DNA from: Perkinsus olseni
Lineage: Eukaryota
Direction of reading: 5' to 3'
NCBI GenBank assembly: GCA_013115125.1
Contig: JABANN010000142.1
Span: 1-62,732 of the forward strand
Length of the DNA stretch: 62,732 bases
Shown here: positions 45,240 through 58,167 of the stretch, in pieces
How positions within the stretch are numbered: position 1 is the stretch's first letter
Layout: each line of letters opens with the position of its first letter
Notes under the pieces: model-generated
What the model was told of the DNA's origin: nothing
What the model saw: only the letters and a program-made list of their open reading frames with translations
Databases searched by the model: none
Translations under genes and position numbers: made by a program

Positions 45240-46844
45240 CTCTTAGAATTACTCCTTCGTTGAATTACTTCTTGATCTACTACCATGTTCGGCTCCGGCC
45301 AATATAGCCTATATAGCATGCCAACGTGTAATTCCGATGAATCATACGAGACAGTCAGTACGGGGGCTCCCGCAGATGATCTTGTGTCCGGCGATAGCCT
45401 CAGCGAGGGCCTGCACTGTGCCCCCGTGCTCGGAGAAGGAGAAGTAATTCTTGCGTCCGCCAACCGAGAAGTACCAGAGCAACTGCAACGACTTCGGAAT
45501 CTGAAACTCAGATAGAGTCAACGGAATGATTCCGTCGGTATCCAGTTGAGAAATCTCTCTACCCTTGGTGGCCAATAGCCTGCAACTGCCTTGGCTCACT
45601 AGTTGTGATGCCCTGGATCACATCACGCAGCAATCAGTTTGTCGACACCGCCGAGTCTGCGGCGCCGACTCGAGTCGAGTCACTCGACAGTCCGGTTACC
45701 GAATCGACCGGCTTGATTGCGGCCCTTCCCTTGTACTAACTTAGTACTACTAAGCGGAGCCAGGATGGTGAAGCTACCTTCTACAACATGCAGACAATGT
45801 TTGCATGTTTGCCAAACCTACCTCGCTCTTCACGGGCACCACTCCGACGAACACAGTTCAGTCTTCGAGGAGACCGCCACCCGCGGGAGAAACGTTCACG
45901 GACGATGCCGCTGGCTTGGGCGGCCCAAGTTGGGCCGACACGGAAGGCCTCAAATACTCATCCCGCCAAAAAAATATAGGGCAAAATGAACCAAGGAACG
46001 CCCATAGCCAGCTTGAGATATACAACGCTTTGGACGACATAAAACTGGAAGGTAGAACGACTGAGGCCCTCAGTTCGGGTGGGGTCGCCTCGGGCGGAAT
46101 TTGAACTTTCGCGAGTTCGAATTCTGACACGGTGTCTAACCTGGAGTACCCCGTTCATGAGCGCGCCTTCTTCACAGATCTTATCGACAGCTGTCGAGCC
46201 GTCATAAGGCAATCCCTCCCGGTATTACTATCGAATTGAATATACTATATGAAGTAAACCAGTCCAGAACGTCCCCTGGTATTCAAGTGCGAATGTCTTC
46301 GTTACCCGTGCCTGCGAGCAATCAAGTAATAGGGTCCCTCGTACGTCACACAACGCGTAAGGGATTATGATCCGGTAGCCTCAACTTACGGCGAACGATC
46401 ACATTCTCACGATCCGGCCGTTAACCTGCAGAACGCTATGACATCAATGCTCGATGATCGGGTGCCTCGTTACTGGCGGATGGCTGGTCGTTCGGCGACC
46501 TTTAAAGTTACGTTACGCATAGCATAGTCGACCCAAAGGCCGCCGCCGTACGAAGCTCTGCGTTGGACTCGGGCTAGCAAGGTGTCGAGGTCACATAGGT
46601 CGGTTGGAGGGCAGAAGTAGCAACCCGAGATGAGGTATTTGCAGGAACCACGGCCGTAGTGACTTTCATACCAACCACCGTACACTAGGTACGATTAAAA
46701 GCTTCCACTGTCGACAAGAAGATTCAACGGTTGATCATCGAAGATTAACTCCACATAATTGTTCTTTATCGGTAGAGACAGTGATGTAGAGGTGGAAGTC
46801 AACGACCATGATAATGCCGACTGAAGAATCACCTTCGGTAACAT
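45240..46844 (-). pseudogene. Second aspartyl protease paralogue, more decayed
   Basis: DDQPLNLLVDSGSF*SYLVYGGWYESHYGRGSC..SGCYFCPPTD is near-identical to 44120-44290 but has a TAA at 46695. The 3' boundary is approximate. Confidence 0.75.
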
Positions 46845-47387
46845 TCTGAGTCGGAAAGTTCCTACTGCGAACGAACCGTGAGCGGAAATGGGTCTCCACA
46901 CCCATTGAGCTCCCTGTTAAATGATCCACTAGGAACTATCTTGCTGAGCTGACTGAACTCCAGTGAGACCAATTTTCGGGGTTTCATCCCCTCTGTGGAA
47001 TCCACAGAGTGGAAGCGCCGAGCGTCCTCGTCAAGCCGGAAGACAATTACTTGCTTTCTTAGATTTTCTCAACGGTACGATATTGAACACTCTTGCGTTA
47101 TTGAGTTTCCCTCTCGCAAGGTCTTTACGTGCGGGTCCACGCGTCTTATCTTCATCCGAGGCGCACATGCAACCCATGCTACCCGCCGGGTAGCACCCGG
47201 CCCTGTGCCGGTGTCCCCACGGCCCGCCATTCGCGAACGGCGGCCGAGTCGAAAACTAGCGTCGCTCGAGAAGCGCGGAACAGGCTACACTAAGTCCCGC
47301 TTTACTGAATGGCGGGGAGATGGAACTCCAGCGCAACCTCCTAATGCTTGCCGGTTCGTCAACTTACTGTCAGTTCGTTCCAAGGCA

Positions 47388-48824
47388 ATGCGCACCGGTC
47401 AATTTTTTGTCTTCCTTTTTTCGCTTCTGGCGGTGTTCACCTCCGTCGCCGCTAAAAAGAAGAAGGTCGATAAGACTGTCACCAGCAGAGTCTATTTCGA
47501 TATTGAAATTGATGGAAAGCCCGAAGGTAGGCCTCTCCTATCACGCATGGCGTCCGCTAATTATTGAAAGCAGCTTCGCAAGAGTGCAGCGTGAAGCAAT
47601 CGCGGCGTGTTGAGAATCCGATTGAACGTTGATTGACTGATGTTAATCCTCAATCTGTTGCGTGGCGTGTCCTTCACGGATAAACCGGTGTTAAAAAAGG
47701 GGCATGCTACGAGAGAATGCCGCGTCTCGCACGTTGATAAGGACTGTTTTCATTCAGGTCGTATCGAGTTTGATCTCTATGGCAAGCAAGTTCCCAAGAC
47801 CGCTGAGAACTTCCGTGCCTTGTGCACTGGCGAGAAGGGTGTCGGCCAGAGTGGGAAGCCTCTCTGGTATAAGGGCTCTAGCTTCCACCGAGTAAGCGAA
47901 CCATTTCCCAATTCGAATAGACATTCCCATGAATATTTCTCTCATGCAAAATATTGTCTGCAACAGTTGAACTCTTTTTCGGGGTGTGTTGGATTCCGCT
48001 GTTCTCGCTCACAGTCTAGGTATCGCCTCCCTTTCTGCAGGTAATTCCCGGATTCATGTGTCAAGGCGGTGATTTCACCATGGGCAACGGAATGGGCGGC
48101 GAGTCGATTTACGGCGAGAAATTCCCAGATGAGGTGACTACAACATGTACATCGCTCCGCTAAAGTTGATGCATATTTTTTCAGAACTTTGGTCTGAAGC
48201 ACAGCAAGCCCTACTTGCTCTCCATGGCCAACTCTGGTCCGGACTCCAACGGATCTCAATTTTTCATTACCGTTGACAAAACCCCGTGGCTCAACGGCCG
48301 CCACGTCGTTTTCGGTCGCGTCTCGAAGGGCATTGATGTTGTAAGCAATCATCGGAGCAGCTAAGGTTGGAGTGACTTCGGAGTCGCTCCTTATCTGCTG
48401 ATAGCTCTTTCCACGCGAAGGCTCTTCTTTCCTCTTCTTTGTGTGAGCTGCCCATGCGTGCGCCGATAAAATACGAAATTCCCGTGACTTCGCACCGGCA
48501 TGAATGGCAATCGTTGGGTACTTCTGATCAACACCCTATGTATTTTTGTAGTGACTCAGGCGCACATCATTCTCGACGTAATGGGTTATTCTGAATTTTA
48601 CTAGCGGCATACGGATTACTCTGTGAAAGTAGTCATGTATTTTTAGGTTAAGAAGATCGAGGCTGTGGGTAGTCAAAGCGGCACTACCAGCAAGAAGGTC
48701 GTCATCGCCGACTCCGGTGAACTACCGCTCGAAAAGGAAGAGGTAACGAGTGAACTTCTTGGCTTCGTGGCGCCGTAATCTGTCCTCTCAGGCAGCCTCC
48801 ACCGAGAAGGAGCAGGAGTTGTAG
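47388..48824 (+). CDS. Secretory-pathway cyclophilin (PPIase, cyclophilin B-like), 6 exons
   Basis: Signal peptide, [64 protein letters not shown]-terminal EQEL*. Confidence 0.95.
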
Positions 48825-48891
48825 AGAGATGACAGGCTCCTCCGTATCATGGCGCGATCCTCGCGTCGCGATGATTTTTCTTTACTCGATT

Positions 48892-50283
48892 CTAATGTTG
48901 TGTCAGTAGTAATATTTGCGGGTCGCTGATAGCCCCGAGCGACCGGCGGCGGGAATTGGATGGTGAGAGTCGACTGGCCACTATGGCCTCAGCCCGCAGT
49001 GATGGGTGGATTCTGCCAGGAGGCGAGAAGATTGTCCGGTCTGTCCCTCCCGCTATTGTGACTGCATTCGGGCCAACTGGATAACGCAACACCTTATCCT
49101 CGAGTTGTACATCGGCATCAAGGCTCACTAAGCCGGCGACGGACTTGGAATTAAAACTGACAGACACACCGACCAGTATTCGTCTAGCAGGTGTGAGTCG
49201 TAGGCGGGGCGAGCTTGATCAGGAATGTGTATCTCGTGGAATGCATCCAATACGGCCGAGCTGGCTATGGCAGGCGATTTAGATCGTCGTCGTCGTCTGT
49301 TGAGCCCAAAGCAGCGAAAGCATGAACTTCTGTTTCCCCGAAATGATGCAAACGGCTACACTCACTTCAGACTCACCGTAGTACGGTGACCGTACTGATG
49401 GGCTGAGGGGCCGCAGGCGCTGATCTACCAATCAAATTGACTTATCAAATCAACACGCGCAGATCGGAACCCGTATGGCGTTTGAGCAAAAAAGCCCTAG
49501 TGGCCTGCTACCTGTGACGGGTAAAAAAGTTGGTCCCTAATACCTTGAGAGCATGAGACCGATGAAGATCTGTTCGTTTGTCGGGCGCAAAACCGAAACG
49601 CCTCAACCTTCTTGCTCGATGCTCACGAAGAGGGGAGCACGAGCAAACGATTGGGAAAATGACCTCACGCAACGCTGAAGAGTCTCTTCATGTGGAGTTA
49701 AACCCGTAGGGTTCGACGAGGGTGAAACTAGTGCAGGGGCTTAGTCCTGGGCCCGCGCACGGCGCGGAATATTGAGATGAAACATGGAGGGATAGCTTTT
49801 TGGAAGACGCTCTCTCCATTGGTGTACCGTATTAGATCAGATGCAAAGTTGTAGATATAGTTCCCGAGTAAAAGTTGGTATTTTGAGGCGCAGTTTTAAG
49901 CCGTGTATGCTAAGAATTTGTGGAGAAAATTTTTTACGACTCTTCGAGTTCTCACTAACTATGAAGAGTTAGGCCCTGAAACTTGGAGGTTATATCCTGG
50001 GAAGCATAAGAATAAACCTCCTTGAGTTGCAGTTCCGTACTCGTCCAGGTGACAGTGCACGAGTCGAAAAACCGGATATGCTAAGAATTTGTAGGCAAGA
50101 GGGGTGTACTTGAGTCGCCAGCCAGACCCAGAGGGAATTCACTTCACCAGTGATGGGCCCCAACGGTAGCAGTGAGCCACTGCCTACGACGAACGGAGGG
50201 TCCTGGTTGTTGGGCTGTTGCTGAGCGACAACCGGTAGGACCAGAAGTATGGTCGAAATGAGATACCTCAGGGTGATGGTCAT
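48892..50283 (-). CDS. Hypothetical secreted protein, multi-exon (internal structure uncertain)
   Basis: Signal peptide MTITLRYLISTILLVLPVVA, GT donor at 50109, terminal ORF 48892-49167. Confidence 0.45.
49728..50113 (-). mobile_element. Dispersed repeat, non-autonomous Helitron-like
   Basis: About 130 nt near-identical to 62603-62732 in inverted orientation. The far end has a GC hairpin CCGCGC-CGT-GCGCGG followed by CTAG|T. Confidence 0.55.
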
Positions 50284-51999
50284 ACTCACAACCTAGACAA
50301 AAAAGAGAAGAGAAAGCCTGCAGAGATCAGAAGCTCATGGTTCGATTATTCGGAAGTAATCCGCAGCTGCAGAAAGCATTGGCGTATCTGTACTACAACT
50401 CAATGCAGTGCAGCAATTTGGGACGGGTCTCAAAGAAAGGTGAAATTGGACTCGAGAGGGGCTCGGAAAAATCTGATTTCTTTGCGGATTTAGGGTGAAC
50501 GTATGTTCAATATCACGACGAGGAAGGCGTGTGCTGTTCGGATGAACGTACGTTCAGCGAGCAAAGGGGCAGAAAGAGCAAGCTGGGAGCGCAGCGGGAA
50601 GGTCGTTGAACCGAAATCGGATTTGTCCGAACTCCTCTTGAGTCAAATTTCACCTCTCTGTGAGCCCCTCACAGCCGCACTGTGACTCAAATAGCCGCAC
50701 TGTACTGAGTTATAGTGCAACCCTGATGATTCTTCCAGCAGGCCAAGTGGAGATTCGACATCGTTCGCTCCGAAAATGCATGCGTGCCATCGTGAAAGAG
50801 TAGACAGCTAGGAAGTGACGAGAGAATCAATCTGTGGTAGAAGACATCGTACTCCGCTTGACCCTCTAGAGCGATCCCTGTGGTGGGTGACAAGGCCGAT
50901 GCGTGTTGAAGCCCGGTTCGTCAGCCGACCACTGCTGGTATGGCTGGACGGCATTGCCTCTCTGCCTCCAGAGTAAGCGTTCGAGCAAATTTAGGCTCGG
51001 CTCACGCGTGCAGGCATCAGATCGACAGGCAAGGAGGGCCCCTCGCGGTTTCTGAGGATTTTCTCGTGTTGAAGAGCCCCTTCAAGCAGAAGCTTCTGGT
51101 AGCTAACAGGATGCTTCTCCCTGTAATCAGTTCATTTTTGGAGACATCATGTAGTGTACGGCTGTCACAGCGTTGTAGTGGAATCGTTGAGATCGAGACA
51201 CCCTGACGCTGTGCACAGAAGATGAATTAGCTAGGCTAGCTATATTAGTTAGCGGCCCGCATTCGCCCCGAACCAGAACGCGGCCTCACTCAACTTGGCC
51301 TCCCAACTCCCGATCTCGCACTCCGAAGTAAGAACTGAGGAGAGCAGGCTACAACGATGGACTTACGCTGACTGCTTACCCTGACATCATAATTCATGAA
51401 GCTCGAAGTCAGTTTGAGGTGCGTCTAGTGACTAGACTCTAGTCTTATGCGGCGTGGGTCTACCGGGTAGACTAGCCGGGCTACGACGCGGGTCTAATCT
51501 TATGAGACCTCCACTTGCGGATCATTGATACACACTGGGGAGTCGGTTGCAACCTAGGCCTTGGGAACTAATCCCAACTGTTATCCGGTAGCTCAGTTCA
51601 GTAACTTTATTCCCGCCTAACGCTGTTCGTATGCACTATAGGGAGCAGCTCTTGAACATACCTTCACCCTGGATCCACAACTAATTTAGATCAGTTTTTC
51701 CCGAAGGCCTCCAGAGTCCAGGTCTACTTTTCTTTGAGCCCCGTCTCAAATAGCCACAATGCGCTGAGTTACAGTGCAAGTCGAGTACTGCGCCGTCACC
51801 GCTCTTACGAAAATCGAATGCAGCGCATCATCGCCTGGCAAGAGCAATGACCACCCGGCAGGGGGTGTAATTTACCGCAGCACAACTCCGATCGCAAGAC
51901 AGCAAACGTACATAGTTGTAATATTACGGGGAACAGCACTAGCCGAGTTCTCACCACACAAGATTCGCTCAAAATACTCCTTCAGGTGACGCTATCAGA

Positions 52000-53142
52000 T
52001 TAAATATAGCAGAAGTAGTCCCTGATGTTGAATGACTGCCAGTGCATCCGATCTGGAGAGATCAGCAGACAGCTGAGCGAGAAGAGTACTCTCAGAGCGA
52101 AGAGGGAGCCGTACCTCGGAGGGGAAGAACTGATTTCCAGTCCTTACAACGTGGGAAGAAGAGTCGCTGTTATGAGCACTCCCAATAAAGCACCGAATAT
52201 CGTGTCGCCGATCCAATGGAAGCCAAAATAAACTCGAGCAAACATCACGCAGGGTACCTGAATAACTCACGTCAGAGCAAGAGCGGAGCCAGACCCACTC
52301 TCTTTTCTTATTATCACTACCAGCGCATATGCTTTCGGTGCGTTGTCGCACAAGGCAAGGAAAGTCGCCAGAGCTCCGGCCTGGACAGAGTCCCCGCTTG
52401 GGAATGAGAAGTTGCTCTCCATCCATCGTAAATTAACTTCTCGAGGAGCCGATGGGTATGTTGGTCGAACTCGTTTGAAGACCTGACGAAGAATCACAGA
52501 ACTACAGCTCGGATCCATTTCCCTAGTGGACGGATATAAGGAGAGAGCCGGGGTGGCTATGGACTCCTGGACCCGAACGAAACGCAAAATCATGGTCCGC
52601 TTAAATATGCTCCCGAAAGGAAGAACTCCGCGGAAATCTCCATATTTGACAGTCACCAGAATACTGCTGCTGAGTACCACCAACTTTCACTGCAGCAAAG
52701 ATGCTAAATTGCAAGATGATATCCACCCCGCGATCAATGGGATCTATACTCACGATAACAGAGCCCGCCAGTCGCCCCCTACCTTCTTCAATGTCAATGA
52801 TACCGCCACGCAGAGCAGGACGCAAATAAGATATTCCATACCTCGCTGAGTGCCCATCTTTATACTCACGATGACCGGCAAGAACGGGACAACGTAGGTT
52901 GAACATACCAGAGCGGGCACGGCCACTAAGTAGTCCAGTAGCCCCAGTTTCAAGGAGTGAACGTAAGTCGTAGAGATGTAGCGGTCCAATTTCGCTAGAG
53001 AATTGTGCGAATTCCCGACGCCAACCGGGCCTTCACCGGTCTGTACCGAAGTGACATTGTCGGCAGTGCGCTTAGAAGGACCCTCAGTCAGAGGCCTCTC
53101 ACTCCCGGCGGCCACTTTTTGTGCAGCTTTGGATCGAGCCAT
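52000..53142 (-). CDS. PAP2-superfamily lipid phosphate phosphatase-like membrane protein
   Basis: C1 KKVFKRVRP, C2 SFPSGD, C3 ARVYFGFHWIGD. Stop is either 52144 or, if spliced at GTAAGG, 52000. Confidence 0.8.
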
Positions 53143-53262
53143 TACACCGAAAACAGACTAGCCCCATCAGTGAGTCAACCTCAGTGGAACTAACGCGACG
53201 CCTGGGCCGAGAAAAAATCGGAAACACCGTACTTGACTGCTTCCAGACGAACAGCCGGCGGT

Positions 53263-55838
53263 CTACGGCTTGGTCTCGAGGACCGTGATGCATGAGGGAC
53301 ATATGACTAAAGCAGCTCTCCCACAGGACTTCGGGCCGTTCTGAAATTCAGTGACGGAGGTTTTCGTTCGCTGCAGATTCTGCAGTGCAGAAAGCGCACG
53401 TCCAATCGGAAGAGTACAAAGAAAACATCTTCTGCAGAATGGGATCGTCTTACCACTAGAAGATCGTCCACGTGCTCCACATTTCTGTGGGTTCCACACT
53501 CCTTGCAGTTTATAATAACTTGCGTATCCGGGTTTGCAGCTTGTGTCCTCGACAACTCGACCGTCGAGCGGAAGTGGATCCGCGATACCTGAGCTCAAGT
53601 GTTATCGATCGAGCGACTCTGACTACCTCTATTGCCCAAGCGGATGGACTACAGACTGACTCCCCTTGGGTGAATGAATGATAGAGCGAAAAACATCATC
53701 CCTTCTTGGAGCTCACGACGATGCGAATCGATCGATCTCATCAGCGCTAAGTGGCAACCCGAAGGTCCACGTTATGTAGAAGTGCTAGAGCCCCTGCAAC
53801 TCCAGTCCGCAACTGGACTACGACTGTCACGCTTATGAAGAATTAGAACAGGGTAACTCGACCTACATTATAAAGTCAACGCGGGTGCTGGCCGTACGCT
53901 CAAACCTTCGTGTAGGGTTGTCACAAGGAGATAAGCGAGCCATGATCAACCCCGTTCCAGCCCTATCCATGGCGAGAGCAATCAGCTCACATCAGCGTTA
54001 TCATTTCTATGAAAATCCTCTAGGCTTTCTTCAACCAACTCATAGTTGCGTGTGGCACGAACGCTCACTCTCACACGGAGGTTCAAAGTTCTCGACTAAC
54101 GCTTCATTCGCAGGCCTGGCCGCTGCGACAGAATGATTCCCAGTAAATCCGAGTCATAGAGTCGTACCTCTTCGATCTTTAGAGAAAGTGCGCCCGCGGG
54201 CCCAGCCCCCAACCAAGTACCATCCTCTCATTTATAGTAGCTCCTGCAAAGGTGCTGAACAGAGGTGTGTTGGCCGCCAACTCCTCCTTCTCCGCCTCCG
54301 TCAACCTACCCCCTTCATGATTGTGATGAATATACGGCGACTGGGCTTCGACATCCTAAGGGGCAGAACACTAACCTAGGATGATAGATCCGCATCGTAC
54401 CTCTTCGCTCACTGCTTGTTCCACAGATTTTACCTCCGGCACGTAAAACCTCAATGTCCGCTCGATCGAATCCTTCAGCGTCTTAGCAGACTGCGGGCAC
54501 CTGCATCACCATGAACCACATCGAGTTTTAATACACGGAATTCAGTGGGATCGATATCGCGTAATACACACGCGAGTAAACCGGTACTTGCAGGTGAGCT
54601 GCTCAGCTCGCCGTCGAGCGGAAGCCTCTGCAAAATGACCGCGAGAGTTCGAGCCATGGATGCATTCCAACCGCACAGCGTTACCCCTCACAGGAACCGT
54701 GCAGTGTGAGAGTCACCATTCCTGTCTGGGGGTCGAATCCGATAAATTCACAATCACCTCCTGAAGAAGGACGAGAAGTAACTCGCACTGCAGCCAGCGG
54801 GCATGAGTGCGGGACACGAAGATCAGTACACGATTATGAGGAAAAGACAGATACCTGGACAAAAGCAGCCCATTAACAGTATCCACTGGACAACTCATGC
54901 CACGAGAACAGTTTCTCTATGAGATACAACCAGTAGGCCTGTTGTAGTGTACGCTCTCGAGAATCACGGACCGCTGTCGCCCTAATGCGAAGTAGAACAC
55001 ACGACGGTAGTACCGTCTTGGGCGATCACAGGCCGTATCCTTTCGTCGAGGAGCGCTTGTATCCGCCGCTCAACCTCGCTGCCAGCATTCGAAGGCAAAC
55101 TTGTCCCTTCGAACTCAAGACCGTCGAAGAAATCATCCTGATGGGGGAAATAGAAGAGATACAGCGGGACGGGACTCACCGGGTCGACAGCTGCTCGATC
55201 TAATATCGATTGAAACGTGGCTAGCTGAGCATCATCAAAAGCAATCCCTTGTTCACTCCGTCGAGAAGCCACAACTGACAGCATCAGCAAACCCTGGTTG
55301 CTGATGCGCCCGGCCTTTACTACTAGATAGAAACCCATCTCCCAGCATAATCTTGTCGACGCCTTCGACCTCCAGCAGCTCTCTGGCGACTCGAGGGCAG
55401 GTATTGCTGTCTCTCATGTAACTAAGAACCTTAGTCTAAGGTAGACCCGCTTCTCATGCTCACTCCGGGCATTTGAGGTGATTGGCTACCACGTCCTAGC
55501 ACCACCATCTGCCGTTCACTACTCGGTTCAAAACAGCCCGAACCAAAAAATCCAAATGTTCTATGATGACGGGGTTGCGACTTCTATGGAAATGTAAGAG
55601 AGATTCGCTTGGATGCTGAGCATATCTCGGAGAAATCAAGTGCTCCTTAACTGCTTCCTCTGATCGAATACAACAGCGAAGCAACACTCACCTACGTCGC
55701 TGATCGCCGTCCGCCAGTGGGCGTGTCGCCCTTCTTGAACGCCTCCGATGTGTACATCACCGCCAACGGATTCGGCGTGCTCTCCAAGACCACTCGCGGG
55801 GGAGCTATTCGACAGAGAAGACGCAGCGAAGGCCGCAT
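53263..55838 (-). CDS. NFU1: NFU1-like Fe-S carrier with C-terminal extension
   Basis: Presequence-like MRPSLRLLCR, ESTPNP, LLDERIRPVIAQDGGDCEF, LHGSCEGCPQSAKTLKDSIERTLRFYVPE (CxxC). Confidence 0.75.
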
Positions 55839-56420
55839 ACACAGTATCAACAGGTTCAAGTAAACTTCGACTGCGAAGAGCTACTGTATTTCCAAAACTA
55901 TTTTTCCACTCATCATCGTGAGCAAGGTCTCTGTCGAGAGTGATTCACTCATTTCCTGGCCGCCGTGCCACTTACATAGAGCATCAACCCATATCGTCAG
56001 TCCAGTGAAATCTACCCAAAAAAAGGTATCCTGTATGAGCAAAACCTCCGCGAACGAAACCGAAACTCATTGAGTGACTATGAGGTAGTGGCACTACCTC
56101 ATAGTCACTCAACCTTATACTCATCTCGTGCAGAGAGGAAAGGGAATCTGATTACAAGCGGGCACGCAACACCTCTCCATTTCTCCGAGACGTTTCTCAG
56201 TAACATGCGACTTATATCCGAGAGGGAGACGACTGACACGACGTCACACAATTTTTGTCTCCAATACTTCTAGACATATACCATCATCGTGGCTCGAAAT
56301 ATGAGATATACTTGTCGCGCTAGGAGCCACTTTAGGCCCGACGAACAGCGGCTGACGATTCAAGCGAAATGAATATTCGGAATATGTTACCGCGATTGTA
56401 TAAAAACTAATCAATGACAG

Positions 56421-57557
56421 TTAATTCGCCGATCGAAGGGATCGCTTCCCGCAAGGGTAAAGGTCATCATGTGACGAGAGATGACATATCGATCGACCGC
56501 ATGCATCCAAGCCAGCCGTGCCTTTGCAATAGGTACCAAAATAATCGTAGCAGAACTTCCCTGGATTATCCAATCCTGTGCAGCCATGGTCCTGATACTG
56601 CTCGTACACGGACTTGGTAGTGGACCCCCCAGAGGTGGCAGTCGTGGGAGCACTAGGCGTTGTTGAGGGAGTTGGAGCAGCAGCAGGAGGGGGCGGAGTA
56701 GTAGAAACAGCAGAACCGTCGCCAGCGACCGTAGTTTCGGTGGTTGTTGACGGGACACTGCCGGCACCGTTGGCATTCTCGACGAGAACGTCTGCGCATG
56801 CACCAAAGTAGAAAGGGCCAAACTTCCACATCCAGTTGATAGTGTACTTGCCCGCGGCGTAGTCCTCTGGGATAGTGACATAACCAGAAGTGTCCTGAGA
56901 AGAATGACCGTGGAGCAAGAACTCACAAGGCTAACCTACGAAGTCGCGATGGTAGGGCATGCAGCTATCAAGAACTGTGAAGTCGGTCCAGTCGGGGTCA
57001 GACTGGTATGGGGTGATACGGATCTCAATACAAGTACCTAAAAGTCGAACAGATATCAGGTATGAAAAGTACGATCACCGAAGAGGGCGGGAAGGTGGGT
57101 ATGATCTCACCTTCGGACTCGCCATTCTCTGCATGACCGTTGTTGCGCCACAAGATACGCAGCTTCTTGCCTGATACGAGAAATACAGAAACCTGGGAGT
57201 AGCAAGGGATGCCCAACTCACCGGCATTAACGACGGCTAAGTCATTGATATTTGGAGCGCCCGGTGATCCCGTTGCTCGGCAGGGTCGCATGCTGCTCTC
57301 GGTCAACTCAATATTGTGGCGAGGGGCGAGGGCGCACTCCTCAAGGCTGGCCAACGGACACACGTATCTCTGAAAGCAAACCCGCTGACAACTCAACGGG
57401 AGCTTGAACTCACTGTATAGTAGTCGTCATCTAAACCGATGTAGCCCATGCGTGCCAGGCCCTCGTCCACATCGCCTTCAAGGTACCACATCCAACTGTG
57501 CGCATCGGCAGCGAAGAATAGGCCGAGCAGATAGGAAACGAGTCCAAAGAAAACCAT
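56421..57557 (-). CDS. Secreted His1 LPMO-like protein, copy A
   Basis: MVFFGLVSYLLGLFFAADA|HSWMWY, WRNNGH, YTINWMWKFGPFYFGACADV, P/T linker and a 6-Cys tail; 5 GT-AG exons. Confidence 0.75.
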
Positions 57558-58167
57558 TGGGTACTGTAGAAAAAAAATGTCTTGCCTGGCCAGGAATCTG
57601 CTAATCCCTCTTCGGGGTTCGAAGACATGCTCAAGTCAATCAGGAACTACGAGACAGAGCGAAACTGTAGGATACTCCAAGATTCTTATCTTTCGGCAGT
57701 TTCAGATTCCTCCAAAATCGCGCAAGCGCGCCACGAATCCAAGCTCTCGGCCAGCTCATGAGGCCGAAATCCACACAAGGGCCCTCCGTCGTGTGAGTTC
57801 TGGAACTCGACGCACAAACCGAGAAATTGCCCAAGAACTCAGTGTTGCCGAAAGCCTTCTTACCCTTCCACAGTTAAACACAAAACTGCATTGAAGATTG
57901 AATCCAGTCTAGTGATCGATCACATGAGATACCACACTGGCGCGGATCACGCTTCACCGACAAAAAAAAGCACACCAAATTCACAAACGTCTTGAATTAA
58001 CGAATTAGAGAAAGAAATCAGACCATTGAGCCACTTATGGACAAGCAAAAATTAATGATTGAATTCGGCTTAATATCGATATGAATAACCTTATATACGG
58101 AGGGGTACTTTAGAGCGGTAAGAGGCTGTGAGAGATGAGTCTCGAGATGCCCGAGAACCCGATTCTG

